Shown piece by piece: positions 1-4,156 of a stretch of 4,156 nucleotides of DNA. The notes below the pieces were generated by a model. The model was not told the origin of the DNA, ran no database searches, and saw only the letters and a list, made by a program, of their open reading frames with translations. The number at the start of each line of letters is the position of its first letter. The stretch's first letter is position 1. The position numbers and the translations under genes are program-made. Source of the DNA: a virus (taxonomy: Duplodnaviria > Heunggongvirae > Uroviricota > Caudoviricetes); IMG/VR virus record IMGVR_UViG_2671180429_000009; one strand, written 5' to 3'.

Positions 1-444
1 GGTATGGTCACCGGGATGGCGGAAGATCTGCAGAGTCTGGTCGGCGGAACGGTGCTCCGGCGTAAGGTTTACGCCCGTTTTCTGGATGCGGTGAACTTCG
101 TCAACGGAAACAGTGACGCCGATCCGGAGCAGGAGGTGATCAGCCGCTGGCGCATCGAGCAGTGCAGCGAACTGAGCGCGGTGAGTGCCTCCTTTGTACT
201 GTCCACGCCGACGGAAACGGATGGCGCTGTTTTTCCGGGACGTATCATGCTGGCCAACACCTGCACCTGGACCTATCGCGGTGACGAGTGCGGTTATCAC
301 GGTCCGGCGGTCGCGGATGAATATGACCAGCCAACGTCCGATATCACGAAGGATAAATGCAGCAAATGCCTGAGCGGTTGTAAGTTCCGCAATAACGTCG
401 GCAACTTTGGCGGCTTCCTTTCCATTAACAAACTTTCGCAGTAA
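1..444 (+). CDS. L: Tail tip protein L (lambda gpL-like), C-terminal ~147 codons; 5' end lies upstream of the window
   Basis: Open frame from nt 1 (codon phase 1) to TAA at 442-444. Translation ...GMVTGMAEDLQSLVGG...CSKCLSGCKFRNNVGNFGGFLSINKLSQ matches my recollection of the lambda gpL C-terminus, including the Cys cluster (codons at 262, 289, 358, 367, 379). The ATG at nt 4 in the ORF track is an internal Met, not the true start. Homology is from memory, not a database search. Confidence 0.93.
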   Translation, partial: GMVTGMAEDLQSLVGGTVLRRKVYARFLDAVNFVNGNSDADPEQEVISRWRIEQCSELSAVSASFVLSTPTETDGAVFPGRIMLANTCTWTYRGDECGYHGPAVADEYDQPTSDITKDKCSKCLSGCKFRNNVGNFGGFLSINKLSQ

Positions 445-449
445 ATCCC

Positions 450-1193
450 ATGACACAGACAGAATCAGCGATTCTGGCGCACGCCCGGCGATGTGCGCCA
501 GCGGAGTCGTGCGGCTTCGTGGTAAGCACGCCGGAGGGGGAAAGATATTTCCCCTGCGTGAATATCTCCGGTGAGCCGGAGGCGTATTTCCGTATGTCGC
601 CGGAAGACTGGCTGCAGGCAGAAATGCAGGGTGAGATTGTGGCGCTGGTCCACAGCCATCCCGGTGGTCTGCCCTGGCTGAGTGAGGCCGACCGGCGGCT
701 GCAGGTGCAGAGTGATTTGCCGTGGTGGCTGGTCTGCCGGGGGACGATTCATAAGTTCCGCTGTGTGCCGCATCTCACCGGCCGGCGCTTTGAGCACGGG
801 GTGACGGACTGTTACACGCTGTTCCGGGATGCTTATCATCTGGCGGGGATTGAGATGCCGGATTTTCATCGCGAGGATGACTGGTGGCGTCACGGCCAGA
901 ATCTCTATCTGGATAATCTGGAGGCCACAGGGCTGTATCAGGTGCCGTTGTCATCAGCACAACCGGGCGATGTGCTGCTGTGCTGTTTTGGTTCATCGGT
1001 GCCGAATCATGCCGCCATTTACTGTGGTGACGGCGAGCTGCTGCACCATATTCCTGAACAACTGAGCAAACGAGAGAGGTATACCGACAAATGGCAGCGA
1101 CGCACACACTCCCTCTGGCGTCACCGGGCATGGCGCGCATCTGCCTTTACGGGGATTTACAACGATTTGGCCGCCGCATCGACCTTCGTGTGA
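450..1193 (+). CDS. K: Tail tip assembly protein K (lambda gpK-like), JAB/MPN metallopeptidase + NlpC/P60 cysteine peptidase domains; long form of 247 aa (alternative start ATG at 594 would give 199 aa)
   Basis: ORF of 247 codons starting 5 nt after the L stop. JAMM motif H68-x-H70-x7-S78-x2-D81 (nt 651-692), with an upstream E19-x2-G-x2-V element (nt 504-524). NlpC/P60-like triad candidates: C121 (nt 810-812), H187 (nt 1008-1010), H199/H200. Sequence matches recalled lambda K. No obvious Shine-Dalgarno before ATG 450, so translational coupling to L is possible. Confidence 0.9.
   Translation: MTQTESAILAHARRCAPAESCGFVVSTPEGERYFPCVNISGEPEAYFRMSPEDWLQAEMQGEIVALVHSHPGGLPWLSEADRRLQVQSDLPWWLVCRGTIHKFRCVPHLTGRRFEHGVTDCYTLFRDAYHLAGIEMPDFHREDDWWRHGQNLYLDNLEATGLYQVPLSSAQPGDVLLCCFGSSVPNHAAIYCGDGELLHHIPEQLSKRERYTDKWQRRTHSLWRHRAWRASAFTGIYNDLAAASTFV
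578..596 (+). promoter_or_regulatory. Internal Shine-Dalgarno plus in-frame ATG inside K (candidate alternative start giving the 199-aa form)
   Basis: GGAGG at 578-582, 11 nt upstream of the in-frame ATG at 594-596 (Met49 of the long ORF). As I recall, the classical lambda annotation places the K start here. Confidence 0.4.
1073..1093 (+). promoter_or_regulatory. Ribosome-binding site and start codon of I, embedded in the K coding sequence
   Basis: Purine-rich gagagagg (1073-1080) 10 nt upstream of ATG 1091-1093. Confidence 0.45.
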
Positions 1194-1762
1194 AAACGGG
1201 GGCTGAAGCCATCCGGGCGCTGGCCACACAGCTCCCGGCGTTTCGTCAGAAACTGAGCGACGGCTGGTATCAGGTACGGATTTCCGGGCGGGACGTCAGC
1301 ACGTCCGGATTGACGGCGCAGTTACATGAGGTTCTGCCTGACGGCGCTGTGATTCATATTGTTCCCAGAGTCGCCGGGGCCAAGTCAGGGGGCGTATTCC
1401 AGATTGTTCTGGGGGCTGCCGCCATTGCCGGATCATTCTTTACTGCCGGAGCCACCCTTGCAGCATGGGGGGCAGCCATTGGGGCCGGTGGTATGACCAG
1501 TATCCTGTTTTCTCTCGGTGCCAGTATGGTACTTGGTGGTGTGGCGCAGATGCTGGCACCGAAAGCCAGGACGCCCACGGCAGCAAGTACAGATAACGGC
1601 AAACAGAACACCTATTTCTCCTCACTGGATAACATGGTTGCCCAGGGCAATGTTCTGCCCGTTCTGTACGGTGAAATGCGCGTGGGGTCGCGGGTGGTCT
1701 CTCAGGAGATCAGCACGGCAGACGAAGGGGATGGTGGTCAGGTTGTGGTGATTGGTCGCTGA
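1091..1762 (+). CDS. I: Tail tip assembly protein I (lambda gpI-like), N-terminal ubiquitin-like beta-grasp domain followed by Gly/Ala-rich hydrophobic region
   Basis: 223-codon ORF in a different frame from K, overlapping the K 3' end by 103 bp. GA-rich Shine-Dalgarno (gagagagg, nt 1073-1080) 10 nt upstream of ATG 1091. Translation matches recalled lambda gpI. Stop TGA at 1760-1762. Confidence 0.9.
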   Translation: MAATHTLPLASPGMARICLYGDLQRFGRRIDLRVKTGAEAIRALATQLPAFRQKLSDGWYQVRISGRDVSTSGLTAQLHEVLPDGAVIHIVPRVAGAKSGGVFQIVLGAAAIAGSFFTAGATLAAWGAAIGAGGMTSILFSLGASMVLGGVAQMLAPKARTPTAASTDNGKQNTYFSSLDNMVAQGNVLPVLYGEMRVGSRVVSQEISTADEGDGGQVVVIGR

Positions 1763-1779
1763 TGAAAAACGTTTATGTG

Positions 1780-1809
1780 AAACCGCCTGCGGGCGGTTTT
1801 GTCGTTTCT

Positions 1810-1810
<1 letters not shown>
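1780..1810 (+). terminator. Perfect 8-bp stem / 4-nt loop hairpin followed by a U-rich tract in the I-J spacer (weak intrinsic terminator or mRNA-stabilising stem-loop; function uncertain)
   Basis: AAACCGCC (1780-1787), loop TGCG (1788-1791), GGCGGTTT (1792-1799), then TGTCGTTTCT. It lies 18 nt after the I stop and about 20 nt before the J start. The U tract is interrupted, so a strong terminator is unlikely. Confidence 0.3.

Positions 1811-4156
<2,346 letters not shown>

Noticed and set aside
185-373. 62-aa plus-strand ORF nested in L, and the 65-aa minus-strand ORF at 69..266
   Set aside because: Alternative-frame or antisense ORFs inside the well-supported L coding frame; no supporting signals.
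829-1065. 78-aa Cys/Arg-rich ORF on the plus strand nested inside K
   Set aside because: An alternative frame of the K coding sequence with low-complexity, Cys- and Arg-heavy composition and no RBS; most likely a frame artefact.
1091-1193. Possible programmed ribosomal frameshift joining K and I into a fusion
   Set aside because: I has its own ATG with a purine-rich SD at proper spacing, and I did not identify a convincing slippery heptamer with a downstream structure in the overlap. The known lambda tail frameshift (G/GT) lies upstream of this window. Independent initiation is the simpler explanation.
465-1229. Minus-strand ORFs (465..893, 775..1140, 993..1229) opposite K and I
   Set aside because: All are antisense to K and I, which have clear catalytic motifs and lambda matches. 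Their products are Pro/Arg-rich, consistent with frame shadows.

Overview
This window is a lambdoid phage (or prophage) tail-tip assembly module, all on the + strand: the 3' part of gene L (1..444), K (450..1193), I (1091..1762, overlapping K by 103 bp in another frame) and the 5' ~780 codons of J (1822..4156, running off the window end). The identification rests on reading the translations, which match my recollection of phage lambda gpL, gpK, gpI and gpJ nearly residue for residue; I could not run an alignment, so I cannot say whether this is lambda itself or a close relative. I see no tRNA, rRNA, CRISPR array, IS element or integrase. I do not think this window holds a previously undescribed system: it is a well-characterised module. 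The points worth a second look are annotation and mechanism details: the K start codon versus the completeness of its JAMM motif, the JAB/NlpC-P60 plus ubiquitin-like pairing in K and I, a Gly/Ala-rich hydrophobic segment in I, the cysteine cluster in L, and a hairpin in the I-J spacer. All long minus-strand ORFs are antisense shadows of these genes.
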